DNA of 64,000 nucleotides from Eledone cirrhosa (Eukaryota), in contig OZ024756.1 in assembly GCA_964016885.1 (NCBI GenBank), positions 18,352,001-18,416,000 of the forward strand. Reading direction: 5' to 3'. Positions 1 to 13,370 of the stretch are shown piece after piece; position 1 is the first letter of the stretch; each line of letters opens with the position of its first letter. The notes under the pieces were generated by a model. It saw only the letters and a program-made list of their open reading frames with translations, made no database searches and was not told the DNA's origin. A program made the translations under genes and the position numbers.

Positions 1-231
1 GGTGTGGATGGGGTGGGGGCGGGGGTGGTGGGACGGGGTGTATTTTGTTAGAGGTGCCTACTGGCTGGAGTAGGTTTTACTATATATTTAGGTAAGGCGG
101 GTCTTCTCTGTTACTGAGTACCGCCAAAGGTCTCGGTCCAGTGACATTGTTTATATATATATATATTTATATATATATATTTATATATATATATATTTAT
201 ATTTATATATATTTATATATATATATATTTA

Positions 232-270
<39 letters not shown>

Positions 271-272
<2 letters not shown>

Positions 273-730
273 AAAGTTATATTTAAATTGTTGGGTTACA
301 ACTAGTAAATATTTATAACTGATATAAAAGCACTCGACAAATATTTGGAGTATATTTACAATATTAAAGAAATGGAAACTATATTTATAAAACCATATCT
401 ATTTCATTATATATATTTCAGGGATATCATATTAACAATATGCTATGCCTTCCTCAGACAAAATACAATATAAACAGTTTTATAGATAAATAGATTCGAC
501 ATACCGTAACAACATCGACTTGTATTTGAAAAGGTTGATTTGGTACCAAATCAACCTTTTCAAATACAAGTCGATGTTGTTACGGTATGTCGAATCTATT
601 TATCTATAAAACTGTTTATATTGTATTTTGTCTGAGGAAGGCATAGCATATTGTTAATATGATATCCCTGAAATATATATAATGAAATAGATATGGTTTT
701 ATAAATATAGTTTCCATTTATTTAATATTG

Positions 731-732
<2 letters not shown>
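271..732. mobile_element. Fold-back Penelope-like pLTR relic with a hammerhead ribozyme in each arm
   Basis: Palindrome 357-732 centred on ggt|acc (544/545), about 188-bp arms with one mismatch seen, plus an unpaired extension at 271-356; in (TA)n. Confidence 0.8.
620..694 (+). ncRNA. Type I hammerhead ribozyme (mirror copy on the minus strand at about 395-469)
   Basis: Stem I tattttgt/atgaaata; CTGAGGA 632-638; stem II AGG...CCT enclosing catatt-gtt-aatatg; GAAA 670-673; palindromic stem III tatata; AUA cleavage triplet ending at 681. Confidence 0.75.
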
Positions 733-768
<36 letters not shown>

Positions 769-773
769 AATAT

Positions 774-856
774 GTGACGAGTGGAGAGATGCTGTGCTGA
801 ATAAGACCCGTCCCACCCTTGCAAGCAGGGAAAAGCGGACGTAAAATGATGATGAT

Positions 857-857
<1 letters not shown>
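774..857 (+). mobile_element. Extreme 3' end (~85 bp) of the same RTE family as 14965-17435
   Basis: Identical by eye to 17345-17428, including the atgatgatg tail; embedded in (TA)n. Confidence 0.9.
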
Positions 858-2269
<1,412 letters not shown>

Positions 2270-4768
2270 AACTTTGAAATGTTTTGGCCAGTATTGGCCC
2301 AGGCCATGTCTAACTTAATAGCACCACCTGGCGAAGTCTTTCAATTCAGGATTTGGGCACCATGGCCCATTCGAGAAGAGAATTACTGTTTGCGGAGACA
2401 TATCCGGGTGTGGGTGGTTTGTCCGGGATTACTTGGAGGAATTTGTCCAAAGACTTCTTGAATTTTGAGTGGTTAGTTTCTGTTTTGACGTGTCCTGGTG
2501 TGATGTTGAAGAGAGCAGGGCCGATTGAGGTGAAATAATTGTGCCGTATTGTTGTTATGAGTTGCGATTTAGATTTTTGAATGGGACGGATAGCACGGGG
2601 CCCAAGCCTTGGGTGTATCTTGAAGGCGATGCCAACATCATTTGGGCAGTGATGATGGAACATTTTCCACATCATGCAGATAATATAACGCTCACGGCGA
2701 CGTTGGAGTGAGTAAAGTTTCAGGTTTTCCAATCGACCCCAGTAGTCAAGGTCTGACATGCCATCTATCTTTTTCGTGATTGCTCTTTGAGGAGCTTCAA
2801 GTTTCATGATACTTTGTTTCGTGTGGGGAGACCACAGTGGACAACAGTATTCAAGGTGTGGTCGGGCGAAAGTAGAGAAGAGAAGGATAATGGTGCGGGA
2901 ATCTCTCGACTGGAAGGTTCTGAGGATCCAGGAACACATTCTGCGGGCCATGTCAACTTTGCTGCTTATATGCGTGGTCCAGCTTATGTTGCTGTCCACG
3001 GTTACTCCCAAGTCTCTGATGTTGTTAGATGCCACGAGAGTTTCCCCGGAGGGAAGGGAGTACGGGAGTTTCAGAGCATCCTCTTTTCCAAAGTGGATCA
3101 GTTCGAATTTGTCCTCGTTCAGTAACATGTTGTTCTTTTCTGCCCATTGGGTAACAGCCAGTAGGTCTGACTGAAGGCTTATCCGGTCATCCACGCCATT
3201 GATGACCTTTTGGAGCTTGGAATCATCAGCGAAAATTTTAATGTTGCTGTGTTTGATGATGTCAGTGATGTCATTAATATAGATGATGAAGAGAAGTGGG
3301 CCCAACACAGTGCCTTGTGGGACTCCACTACTGACTTTGGCTGGGCTTGATTTGACTCCCTCAACTACAACATGTTGGGTTCTGTTTGACAGGAAGCTCT
3401 TGATCCACTGCAGCAGCTTTCCAGTGACACGAATATTGGACAGCTTTCTCAGTAGAATGTTATGATCAACCCTGTCAAAGGCCTTGCTGAAATCAAGGTA
3501 GATAACATCAGTGTTGGAACCCTCTCCCAAGGCTCTCAAAATGTCATCAAAGTGATGCAGTAGTTGCGTCAGGCAATCCCTTCCATTACGGAATCCATGC
3601 TGGTTGGAGTTCAGCATATTGTTACTCTCAAGGAAGTGGGTCATTCGCGATCTCACCACTCGCTCAAATACCTTAATGATATGAGAGGTGAGTGAGATTG
3701 GACGGTAATTCACGGCAAGGGATTTGTTTCCCTTTTTGAAAACTGGGACAACAGACTGGGATAGAAGGTTTTCTGGCACATATCCAGCATCCAGTGAGTT
3801 CCGCCACAGATTGGCAAGAGGAGAAGCAAGTTGATGTTGACACGCCTTCAGGACACAAGCAGGGAACCTATCGGGACCTACTGCTGAATTATGCTTGATT
3901 TCCTTTATTGCCGCCAAGACATCTGGGGCGCCAAACGTTATGTCCGATAAGGTGTAATGGGGAGTAACATCGCCGATACAGCCCAGATCGGCCATATCAG
4001 GATTGCTGAAAACAGAGCAGTATTGTTTCTGCAGTATCTCACCCATGGTTTTAGCATTGTCTTGAAGAGTGCCATTTTCATCAATTAGAGGGCCAACAGT
4101 AGAGCCAGTGATTTTGTGTTTTTTTGCAAATGAAAAGAACACTTTGGGATTGAGTTTGATCTTCTCAATGGCCCAGGCCTCTTCAGCTCTTCTCTGATTG
4201 TTGATGAGGGACATTATGTTGTTTTGGAGGTTATGTTTTTTAATCTCTAGTGATGAAATGGCAGTCAAGTTGATGTGTTGCTGCTGACAGTATTTCAGCT
4301 TGTTGATTTTTTTTGTTCGTTCTCTTAATTTTTCTGATGAGCGTTTTTCTATTTCTAGGGATTCTGCTCTTAGATTTGTTTATAGTTCTTAATGGGGTGT
4401 GTTTAGCACATATGTTTGTAACAGTGTCCACAAATGTCTGCCAGGACTTTTTGATGTTAGTGGGTGTATGAGTGTGCGTGAAGGACCAGTCGACATGTGC
4501 AAGATCATGACTGATCGCTTCCCAGTTTGCATTGTGGAAATCCATAGCGTCAAACGGATGGACAGGAGAGATGACATTGGGTTTGTATATTGGACGGTGG
4601 AATCTCAGATCACAGAGAACCATGTCATGATCAGAGAGTAGAGTTTTCTCCACTGCAATATTGTGGATATTGTCAGTGTGATTGCTGAAAATTAAGTCTA
4701 GGACGTTTTTGTGGCACCTCGTTGGTTCGAGCACTAGTTGGGATAGGAAGAAATCATCCATGAAGTCA
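2270..4768 (-). mobile_element. CR1-clade LINE, 5'-truncated: end of APE endonuclease, RT and short 3' UTR
   Basis: ORFs 4240..4761 (EPTR..LDL..SDH) and 2346..4268 ([39 protein letters not shown]...NSL) join if one base is removed from the T8 run at 4307-4314. Flanked on both sides by (TA)n. Confidence 0.93.
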
Positions 4769-4790
4769 TATTTATATATATATATATTTA

Positions 4791-4823
<33 letters not shown>

Positions 4824-4896
4824 ATATATATTTATATATATTTATATATATATATATTTATATATATATATATTTATATATATTTATATTTATATA

Positions 4897-4941
<45 letters not shown>

Positions 4942-4962
4942 TTATATATATTTATATATATT

Positions 4963-4994
<32 letters not shown>

Positions 4995-5024
4995 TATATA
5001 TTTATATATATATATTTATATATT

Positions 5025-5075
<51 letters not shown>

Positions 5076-5114
5076 ATTTATATATATTTATATATATATA
5101 TATTTATATATATT

Positions 5115-5145
<31 letters not shown>

Positions 5146-5209
5146 ATATTTATATATATATTTATATATATATATTTATATATATATATTTATATATATA
5201 TATTATATT

Positions 5210-5241
<32 letters not shown>

Positions 5242-5247
5242 TATATT

Positions 5248-5278
<31 letters not shown>

Positions 5279-5344
5279 ATATTATATTTATATATATATA
5301 TTTATATATATATATTTATATATATATATTTATATATATATATT

Positions 5345-5376
<32 letters not shown>

Positions 5377-5496
5377 TATATATTTATATTTATATTTATA
5401 TATATATATATTTATATATATATATTTATATATATATTTATATATATATTTATATTTATATATTTATATATATATATTTATATTTATATATATATA

Positions 5497-5548
<52 letters not shown>

Positions 5549-5560
5549 TATATATATATT

Positions 5561-5592
<32 letters not shown>

Positions 5593-5637
5593 TATATTTA
5601 TATATATATTTTTATATATATATATTTATATAAATAA
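4768..5637. repeat. (TA)n/(TATT) microsatellite array
   Basis: Direct reading. Confidence 0.97.
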
Positions 5638-6321
5638 ATGCGATATAAGACTTAGACTAAGGTCTAGAGTTTCGTTCCACTCTCTCTCTTCCCCTCATTT
5701 TCTTTCTCTCTCCTTTCTCCCCCCCCCCTCTCTCCATTTCCTCTAACTTACGTTATTTAATTATTTTTTTTCATTGCAAATGTTCCATAATTTAATTAAA
5801 TTTTTTTAAATTTTTAATGAAAGTATTTATAATTTGTGATGTTACATATTTGCTTACGCAAGTTATCAACATAGAATTAGCAGAGCTTCAAACAGTTATG
5901 TGAAATATCGTAGAAATATATCTGAAGGCACGTGGCTTAGTGGCTAGAGTGTTGGGTTCGCAATCGAGTTCAATTGTCGGACCGGGTGATGCGTTGTGTC
6001 CTTGAGCAAGACACGTTATTTTTCATGCTGCTCCTTCTGCCAGGAATTGATAGTATCAGCAATGGAAAGACCAATGGAAACATTGTTTCCTTGGTCCGAT
6101 TTGACGAGGTCCACACCACTCGGCAAACGAATGAGGTCTGTGGTCTTGTTGAGTGTTTAGAGCGAGCGATATCTGAAGAAAGCAAGGATGGTCTCCGTTG
6201 GCATATCATGAATGTGGAAAGTTCATTAAGAAGAGCAAAGGGTGTCGTGAGAAAAAAAAAAGGCTGTCGTTTTCGGCAGAACCATTCCTTTCTTCAAAGG
6301 AGGAAGAAATTAATACCAATA

Positions 6322-6505
6322 CAGTGAAATTCCGTTATAACGAAATTCAAGGAGCATAAAAAATTTGTTATAAATTCTTAAAAATTCCTTATAACGATAT
6401 TGATCGAAACAAATCGAGCGTTTGTTTGTTATTACTTGGGGGATTGAAAAATTTGTTATAATGTTATTCGTTATAATGTTATTCGTTATAACGGAATTTT
6501 ACCTG
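6322..6505. mobile_element. pogo/Tigger-type (Tc1/mariner) MITE
   Basis: TIRs cagtgaaattccgttataacgaa / ttcgttataacggaattttacctg, with TA on both sides. Confidence 0.85.
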
Positions 6506-6867
6506 TATTACTAAAAAAATAGTGTGATTCTCCGGGAGGGTCGTGATGCCAATAAAAATACATGCACCAGTTTAGTTTCAATTCAGTTTATGACTTGGGC
6601 TTTGGATTTATTGAATAAAAAATAAAGAAAAATTTATTATATTTTGTCAAACATAGAAAAAGAAATGCTATAAATTAGAGGAAAAGGAGGGAAAGAACAA
6701 GCATTATTTGGTGACAATAGAAAGAAAGGAGGAAGGAGAGAGGGTGACAGACTCTACACCTAAGTCAGAGCGGCGTTTCGTCTGTGCTCCGCGGACAGTA
6801 ACTAATCAATTCATCGGTTAGTTTGGTAACCGGATGGCTTTTTAATTATTAATTGTCAAGTTAATTT

Positions 6868-6908
6868 TCAAAGGTCTTTCGTCACACATCCTGTGACCTC
6901 TTCAATGG
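6868..6908 (-). ncRNA. Degenerate hammerhead motif in a probable Penelope pLTR relic
   Basis: Minus strand reads cca TTGAAGA g GTCAC-aggatgt-GTGAC GAAA gacctt tg. Confidence 0.45.
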
Positions 6909-7189
6909 CTATACTTTTTACTCTGTGTCTCCTCTGTGTCCTATTTTACTTAATGTTGTCTTTTCGAGATGTGTTTCTATAAGAAGACTACAACAATGCA
7001 AATGGGACATAAAATGTTAAAAATAATGATAACAAAGATGCTGGAATGTTATCTTGGTGTTGTTTAATTCAATCCTGGGCTTTTTCACTCCTACCGGAGA
7101 AACTACTCCCTGTTTGACCTCCACCGTTTTCTGTTTTGGTTTTTGGTCATGTCAGTGGTGGAGCCGTACTCACCACGCTTGGCCAATTG

Positions 7190-7960
7190 CGGGTTGGTGA
7201 GGTTATTTAACCAATCATTGGGTAAACTCATTTCTACAGCTGAGTGAACTGGAGCAATGTGAAATAAAGTGTTTTGCTCAAGAACACAACGCACAGCCCG
7301 GTCCGAGAATCAAACTCACAACCTCAGGATTGTAAGCCCAACGCTCTAACCACTTAGCCATGCGCCCTCACGGTGTTGCTTTATAGTCCTTGATATTTCG
7401 GGATAAAATCTACTATGTGTAGATTAAAACCAGTTTGACGTAATGAAGCAACACCAAATTATCATCGCAAGCTCAACCCGCCGCTCAACTAACTTCGATT
7501 TCCCTACTTAAAACTTTCCTGTCTATTTCCTTTCTTCCACTCATTTATTTATTGTACTTCTTTCTCTTCTAGCGGTTAGGGTGTTGGACTTACAATCATA
7601 ATGTCGTGGGACAGGGTTTTGTGTTGTGTTCTTGAGCAAAACACTTCATTTCACGTTGCTCCAGTATACTCAGTGGAGGTGTGTGGCCTAGTAGTTAGGG
7701 TGTTGGACTTATGATCATAATATCGTGGGTGCGATTCCTGGATCGAGTTTTGTGTTAATCTCTTGAGGAAAACACTTCATTTCATGTTGTTCCAGTATAT
7801 TTGGCTGAAAATGAGTACCTGCAGTAGCTGAAGGTTTTACTCTGCGATGCACTGGCGTCTTGACCAAGGGGGAGCCATGTACTTTCAGTCGCTTAATACC
7901 AAGGAAACTAGGATAAGCACCGGCTTGATGAGCCTCTGGGGTCGAGACACACTTTAGACT
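7190..7960. mobile_element. Cluster of tRNA/CORE-type SINEs: minus copy ~7190-7368, plus copies ~7570-7960 (others at 5927-6035 +, 39290-39475 -, 46770-46880 -)
   Basis: A-box tggcttagtgg / tggcctagtagttag and CORE-like tgtgt(c/t)cttgagcaa(g/a)acact. Confidence 0.72.
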
Positions 7961-8132
7961 TTTTCTCTTTTAACTCTCTATCTCCCGTTTCCCCAATTCT
8001 ATTTGTTGTTTTTTTCCTAGTATTCATTTACTGTCTTGCTGAATCTCCCTGACAACCAATTTATGGTTACACATGTCTGTGGAATGCTTAGCCATTTGCA
8101 CGTTGATTTCACGAACAGGCTATTCCGTTGTT

Positions 8133-8320
8133 CAAACAACTGGAACATTCATCGTCGGAACCGACGGGGGCCCAACGACATTCTAGTCATGCCTCAAACA
8201 ACTGGAACATTCATCGTCGGAACCGACGGGGGCCCAACGACATTCTAGTCATGCCTCATACAACTGGAACATTCATCGTCGGAACCGACGGGGGCCCCAC
8301 GACATTCTAGTCATGCCTCA
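8133..8320. repeat. 60-bp tandem repeat x3
   Basis: caactggaacattcatcgtcggaaccgacgggggcccaacgacattctagtcatgcctca. Confidence 0.95.
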
Positions 8321-9060
8321 TTATTTTCGTTGGAGATTTTATATTAATACTTCTGCCTTCCTCCTACTATTTTCCCTCCCTTTTCACATGATTGCCTTTC
8401 CTTACTTATCCTCTGCCTTATCTCCTCTTCCCACTCTATTTATTTTCTATGTTACTCTCCTTCATTCTTAATCCCTTCGTCCACGAAGACCCTATATTTT
8501 CTAAATTGTTTCTTTTCACATCAACTATTACCTCCCTTTCCTCACACCTCTCCTGTCATGTCACCAATCTCACCGCCTCTTTCTAACCTTCTCTACTCCA
8601 ACATTATCTCCAATTCTAATTGTCTCCTCCTCCTCTTCATCCTTCATTCTCCACCAGCATCACCCCACCACCGCATTTCTCATTGCTTCATTATACTCTC
8701 CTCCTCCTCCTCACCAACAACATCACTTGCATTTTTTCATTGCTTCCTTTCCCTTCTCTATCCCCTTTCCTCTTTCTGTCTGTCTGTCTCTCTCTCCTTC
8801 CCTCTCTCCATCTCTATCTGTCTCTCCTTCTCCCCTCTCTGTCTATCTCTCTCTGACTGTCTCTCCCCTCCCCCATTCCCTTGGTTGCCGTACATTCTCT
8901 GCTTCACTGCTTCAATTTATGTAGCACAGCATCACACCAGTTCTACTAGACACACATACACTACACACATACACATATATACACACATACGCACACATAC
9001 ACACCACTGGCATAAGTGTTACTCAAAAAGATTCACCCAACTTCCAGTCTATTTCTAGGT

Positions 9061-9462
9061 ATTATATAGTACACTGCGGTGGATTGGCAGTATTGGTAGA
9101 GGGTCGGACGCCATGCTTTGACGTATAGAGTTACGGCCCTTGCCTTTCTGAGTTCAAATCGCGCAAAGGTTAACTTTGCCTTTCATCCTTACGGGGTCGA
9201 TAAAATAAAGTACCAGTAATGCACTGGGTATATGCTAGCCTTGTGCCTAACGTAGAAACAATTATATAGTACACTGCGGTGGATTGGCAGTATCGGTAGA
9301 GGGTCGGACACCATGCTTTGCAGCAAAGAGTTACGGCCCTTTATGGTCTGAGTTCAAATCTCGCCGAGGTTAACTGCCTTTCATCCTTACAGGGTCGATA
9401 AAATACACTGGGATAATTGCTGGCCTTGTGCTAAAAGTAGAAACAATTATATAGTACACTGC
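9061..9462 (+). mobile_element. Tandem pair of tRNA-derived SINEs (family with gcctttcatccttacggggtcgataaaataaagtaccag core)
   Basis: A-box (tggcagtatcggtag) and B-box (gagttcaaatc). The 17-mer attatatagtacactgc occurs at 9061, 9261 and 9446. Confidence 0.85.
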
Positions 9463-9709
9463 ATGGCTGAGTGGTTAAAGAGTTCGCTTTGCGATTACGA
9501 GGTTTACATTCAATACCAGTGTGAGCAACGTTTTTTTCCCTTTGTAACCATACCCTGTGTGGAAGATTGTCACATGGATTATAACTGTAATTATATATAC
9601 ATATATATACATGTATATGTGTGTGTGTGTATACACACACACACACAAACACATAAAATGACAAACGAACAAACATGCAGGAGTCAATGGTACCTAATGT
9701 TATTAGCTT

Positions 9710-9770
<61 letters not shown>

Positions 9771-9801
9771 CGTCTGGAACTAGGTGTTGAGACGGCAAGA
9801 G

Positions 9802-10031
9802 CTCAGCCGTCGGGGTCCCAACTCTTTATAATATAACCATACTCTGCTACAACAAGTATCGAGTATTCTGTTGAGTAATGGTCTAACCAGTTTCAAACTG
9901 AATCCATCCTGATTTATGTGTGTGTGCGCAGATCAGGATTTTAAACTTGTGAAACCATTATTCAGCAAAATACTCAATACTTGGGATAGTAGAGCGTAAA
10001 TATATTAGAGAACCGGGGCCCGGTGGCTGAG
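9802..10031. repeat. Imperfect inverted repeat (~105-bp arms) around a short GT-repeat loop; MITE-like
   Basis: ctcagcc...caagtatcgagtattctgttgagtaatgg...atcctgat pairs with atcaggat...ccattattcagcaaaatactcaatacttg...ggctgag. Confidence 0.75.
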
Positions 10032-10091
10032 TGTGTGTTCATGTGTGCATATGTTTATATACTGCGCATTCCATCGTGATAAACATATATA

Positions 10092-10390
10092 CATATGTGT
10101 ACGTACATGACAGTGAGACATGGAGGCAATAAACGAGCAGAAAACAAAAAAAAAAACAAAAAAACAAGGAACGCGATACGGAGATTTTGGTCATCAGCTT
10201 TCCCCCAGAGAAAAGAGTTTCGCATTCATTTTCTCAGTTGACTAACTGAGAAAATGAATGCGAAACTCTTTTCTCTGGGGGAAAGCTGATGACCAAAATC
10301 TCCGTATCGCGTTCCTTGTTTTTGTTTTTTTTTCTTGTTTTCTGCTCGTTTATTGCCTCCATGTCTCACTGTCATGTACGCACACATATG
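10092..10390. repeat. Near-perfect fold-back palindrome (~148-bp arms, 4-nt spacer), unrelated in sequence to the other two
   Basis: Centre ...ttctcagtt gact aactgagaa...; each arm carries CTGATGA. Confidence 0.9.
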
Positions 10391-10507
10391 ATGATGATAT
10401 ATATATATCTTGATGCTTATGGCAATATTTGTATTCTTGAAGATATGTAGACCAGCAGACTAATGCCCAATATATATTGAGGTATGGCCAGCTTTTATAC
10501 ATTGTAA

Positions 10508-10613
10508 CGCTGAGGTTAACTTTGCCTTTCATCCTTACGGGGTCGATAAAATAAAGTACCAGTAATGCACTGAGTGATTGGTGGCCTTGTGCCAAAAAGT
10601 AGAAACAATTATA
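10508..10613 (+). mobile_element. 5'-truncated copy of the same SINE
   Basis: Core and tail match the 9076 copy. Confidence 0.8.
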
Positions 10614-12717
10614 GTGGCTATACAATTTATCGTTTCTTTGTCACAATTGAAGGGACGAGGTGATGTTGAAATTGTCGTTGGTGTTGGTGGTGTTTTTATT
10701 TCTACTCTCGTTATTGGAGCAATTGTCGTCGTTTATTGTTGCTATTTTAGTAGATACTGAATAATAATAACAGTAACAATAACGATAATAATAACTAATA
10801 ACACTAATAATGATTTCTGAAGAAGAAGGGAAAGAAGAAACGGCAGGAGAAAAAAGAAAAGGCAGGAGAAGAAGAAACAAAAGAAAAGACGGCAAAGAAG
10901 AAGGAAGAGGAGTAGAAGAAGGAAAAGGAGAAAAAGAAGAAACAAAATAAAAAGAAGGCAAAGAAGAAAAGACAATACAAAACAAAGAAACCTTGAGAAA
11001 GAAAATACTTTTTTTTTTAGAAGCAATTGAACAGCAGCCATTGTGGCTAATAATGTTCCTATTTAGTCCTGTTTCTTTTATCTCTCTCATTTTTATTCCT
11101 CTCTCTCTTGCATCCAACTCCCTTATTATTATCCTCTTATCACCCTTTCTTTCACCTGTATCCATCTCTCTCTCTCTCTCGCACTCCTTCCTTATTATTC
11201 CTCTATCTCTCTTGCACCCTCTCTTATTATTCCTCTCTCTCTCTTTTACATCCCTCTCCCTTATTATTCCCCTGTCTTATCACACTTTCTTTCACCTGCT
11301 CCCCCCTCTCTCTCTTACATACCCCTCCCTTATTATCCCTCTCTCATGACCTTTTCTTTCACTTACATCCCTCTCCCTTATTATCCCTCTCTTATCACCC
11401 TTTCTTTCACCTGCTGTGTCTCTCTCCTGCACCCCTCCTTTATTATTCCTCGTTTTATTCTACATTTTCTCTCCTCTTCACCCCCCCCCCCTCTTACATT
11501 CCTCTCCCTTAATTTCCTCTCACCCACCTCATACCACTGTTTCTCACCTCCTCATTTTTCTACTCTTTCTTATGTTACCGTGTTTCTTTAGTCTGTCTAT
11601 CTATCTATCTTCACCTTTCATCTCTCCATCAGCATGTCTACCTCTCTCTCTACACACACACATACATATATACCCCCTTCATCTCTCTATCTATCTCCCT
11701 CTCTCTCTCTATATATATATATAATATATATATATATAGGGAGAGAGAGAGATCCATTCCATATCTATTTTCCTCTCTTTTGTCTCTCTCTCCTCATTTC
11801 TCTCTCCCCCTCTCTCTTTGTCATCTTTACCTCTCCCCCTTTACTCTACCCCCCCCCCCCCTCCTTCCATTAAAGCTACTCCTATCTTGTTGATTCTCCA
11901 AACAAATAATCCTGGTGAAGTCACAAAATCATTGGAATGAAAAATTAGGCTTCCTTCATTAAAATGCTTCCCATTCCACCACCATCAACAACACCATTAC
12001 AACCATCACCACCACCACCACCACTACAACGAGAACGACCGCCAGCAGCAACAACACCATTACAACCACCACCGACGACGACGATCACCACCACCACTAC
12101 CACCACCACGACGACGACGACGACCACCACCACCACCACTACTACCACCACCACTATCGCCGCCACCGACCGCGACCACCAACAGCAACAACACCATTAC
12201 AACCACTACTATCACCGCCGCCGTCACCACCACCACCACTACTTCACCACTTTATTCTATATTGTTCTGTAAGATGAGTGAAGATAAAAGAAAGCCAGTT
12301 GCGTGACTACTGGGCAGTCAACCAGCTATAGAACATTAACAGACGATAGCATTTACTGTATTGAGAGCAGGGGACTACACAGTCGATGTGTATGTAGGGA
12401 AAGATAGATCCCTGAAACTAAGCAGACCTATGATATATCTATCTCTACTTGACGGCGAAGGTAGCAAGCATCTTACAGTCGATGTGTATGTAGGAAAGAT
12501 AGATCCTGACAGCAGCTTACCTTACACAAATTTTTTAGTCAGTCTTATTAAAAAAAGTTGCTTTGAACTCTGTACTTAACTTCTCTTCTTCATCTACGTA
12601 ACTCATTTTTCCTTATATGGTTATATGTATGTATGTATGTATGGAACCGTAACTTCTAATGGAGTCGTACAGGCGCCGTTGTGACACACGGTGCGGTGTG
12701 TGTATAATAATAATAAT

Positions 12718-13314
12718 TATTATTATTTCTACATTTGGCACAAGGCCAGCAATTATTTCAGTGTATTACTGGTACTTTATTTTATCGACCCCGTAAGGAT
12801 GAAAGGCAAAGTTAACCTCGGCGGGATTTGAACTCAGACCATAAAGGGCCGTAACTCTTTGCTGCAAAGCATGGCGTCCGACCCTCTACCGATACTGCCA
12901 ATCCACCGCCTTATAATAATAATAATAATAATAATTGTTTCTACTTTTGGCACAAGGCCAGCAATTGCCCAGTGCATTACTGGTACTTTATTTTATTGAC
13001 CCCGTAAGGATGAAAGGCAAAGTTAACCTCGGCCGGATTTGAGCTCAGAATGGCAAGGGCCGTAACTCTATGCGTCAGGATCTATCTTTCTTACATACAA
13101 TAATGATTTCTAGTATAGGTACAAGGCCAGTAATTTGGAGGGAGGGAAAAGTTGATTAAATTGACCCCAGTGTATTACTGGTGATTTATTTTATCGAGCC
13201 CGTAAAGATGAAAGGCAAAGTTAACCCAGGAGGGATTTGAACTCAGATCGTAAACGGTTGTAACTCTATGCTGCAAAGCATGGCGTCCGACCCTCTACCT
13301 ATACTGCCAATCCA
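12718..13314 (-). mobile_element. Three consecutive copies of the same SINE family
   Basis: Reverse complements of the 9076-9450 sequence at about 12718-12911, 12930-13076 and 13101-13314. Confidence 0.85.
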
Positions 13315-13370
13315 ATAATAATGATAATAATAAAAAGGCCGAGGTGTTAGATCTTCATTTCATTTATTGA

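Noticed and set aside
9461-9530. tRNA-like sequence with A/B boxes (also 5927, 7677, 46029)
   Set aside because: SINE heads; no complete cloverleaf.
8392-12272. Ser/Leu/Pro/Thr/His-rich ORFs
   Set aside because: They arise from CT-rich and (CAC)n/(ACA)n low-complexity tracts; I found no supported splice structure or domain.
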